A stretch of DNA of 63,934 nt, filler included, from Collodictyon triciliatum (Eukaryota): assembly GCA_043381765.1 (NCBI GenBank). It is 4 parts of 4 records of this genome, joined end to end, with 100 filler letters (N's around TTAATTAATTAA, not from the genome) between each part and the next. Parts side by side here need not be neighbours in the genome. Positions count along the whole stretch, not along the records: positions 61,307 to 63,934 come from JBHJMP010001331.1; 3 more parts are not named here. One strand, 5' to 3'. Positions within the stretch are counted from its first letter, which is position 1. Each line of letters begins with the position of its first letter. Under the pieces are notes generated by a model, which made no database searches, had not been told where the DNA came from, and saw only the letters and a list, made by a program, of their open reading frames with translations. The position numbers and the translations under genes are program-made. This document shows positions 63,710-63,934 of the stretch, piece after piece.

Positions 63710-63934
63710 ATATCAGTTGTATGACGCTTAGAGGTGTACCCCCATGCAGATTTTCTTTGGAAATATGTTGTTCATGCAACAACAGCCTCTCCAGAATACA
63801 CCATGTGCCATAGTGGAGATGACTCTATCGAACACACATTTGTGAAGTGCTCCCTTGCTCAAAAAGTGACAGAGTCTACCCACAAGATGCTCTCTGAGCT
63901 TGATTATGCTCCCAACCGTCTCAGTGCGTCTGAC
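63710..63934 (+). mobile_element. Degenerate non-LTR retrotransposon (L1/Tx1-like) zf-RVT fragment, runs off the window end
   Basis: One frame reads SVV*RLEVYPHADFLWKYVVHATTASPEYTMCHSGDDSIEHTFVKCSLAQKV. This fits the zf-RVT pattern W...FLW...H...CxxC...ESIxHxFxxC..A.kV, with Trp changed to TGA and the first Cys changed to Tyr. Confidence 0.6.

Overview
This is AT-rich, intron-dense eukaryotic DNA, most likely from a unicellular and probably flagellated organism (inferred from an IQCH homologue). It uses the standard genetic code, with genes ending in TAA, TAG or TGA. Three artificial 100-bp joins (44 N + TTAATTAATTAA + 44 N) split the window into four pieces, and there is one 545-N gap. I reconstructed ten genes by hand: IQCH-like (+), pseudokinase-Sel1-repeat (-), an intronless 2849-aa WD40/Cys-rich/multi-TM surface protein (-), beta-COP (-), V-ATPase subunit a (-), O-acetylhomoserine sulfhydrylase (+), a secreted GPI-type beta-lactamase-fold hydrolase (+), a 5'-truncated DUF4062-NACHT-LRR protein (+), a 5'-truncated RAD5/RAD16-type SNF2-RING helicase (-) and an NmrA-like protein (+). 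The most interesting signals are: (1) an NLR-like STAND protein whose LRRs are encoded one per 84-nt symmetric exon; (2) a receptor-like protein with 21 apparently extracellular WD40 repeats on a 279-bp tandem-repeat stalk, with an in-frame TAA in its signal peptide; (3) two copies of a ~55-bp poly(A) retroposon with clean target-site duplications, plus a LINE zinc-finger relic; (4) a perfect heat-shock element upstream of the NmrA-like gene. Exon boundaries come from manual reading and have no transcript support.
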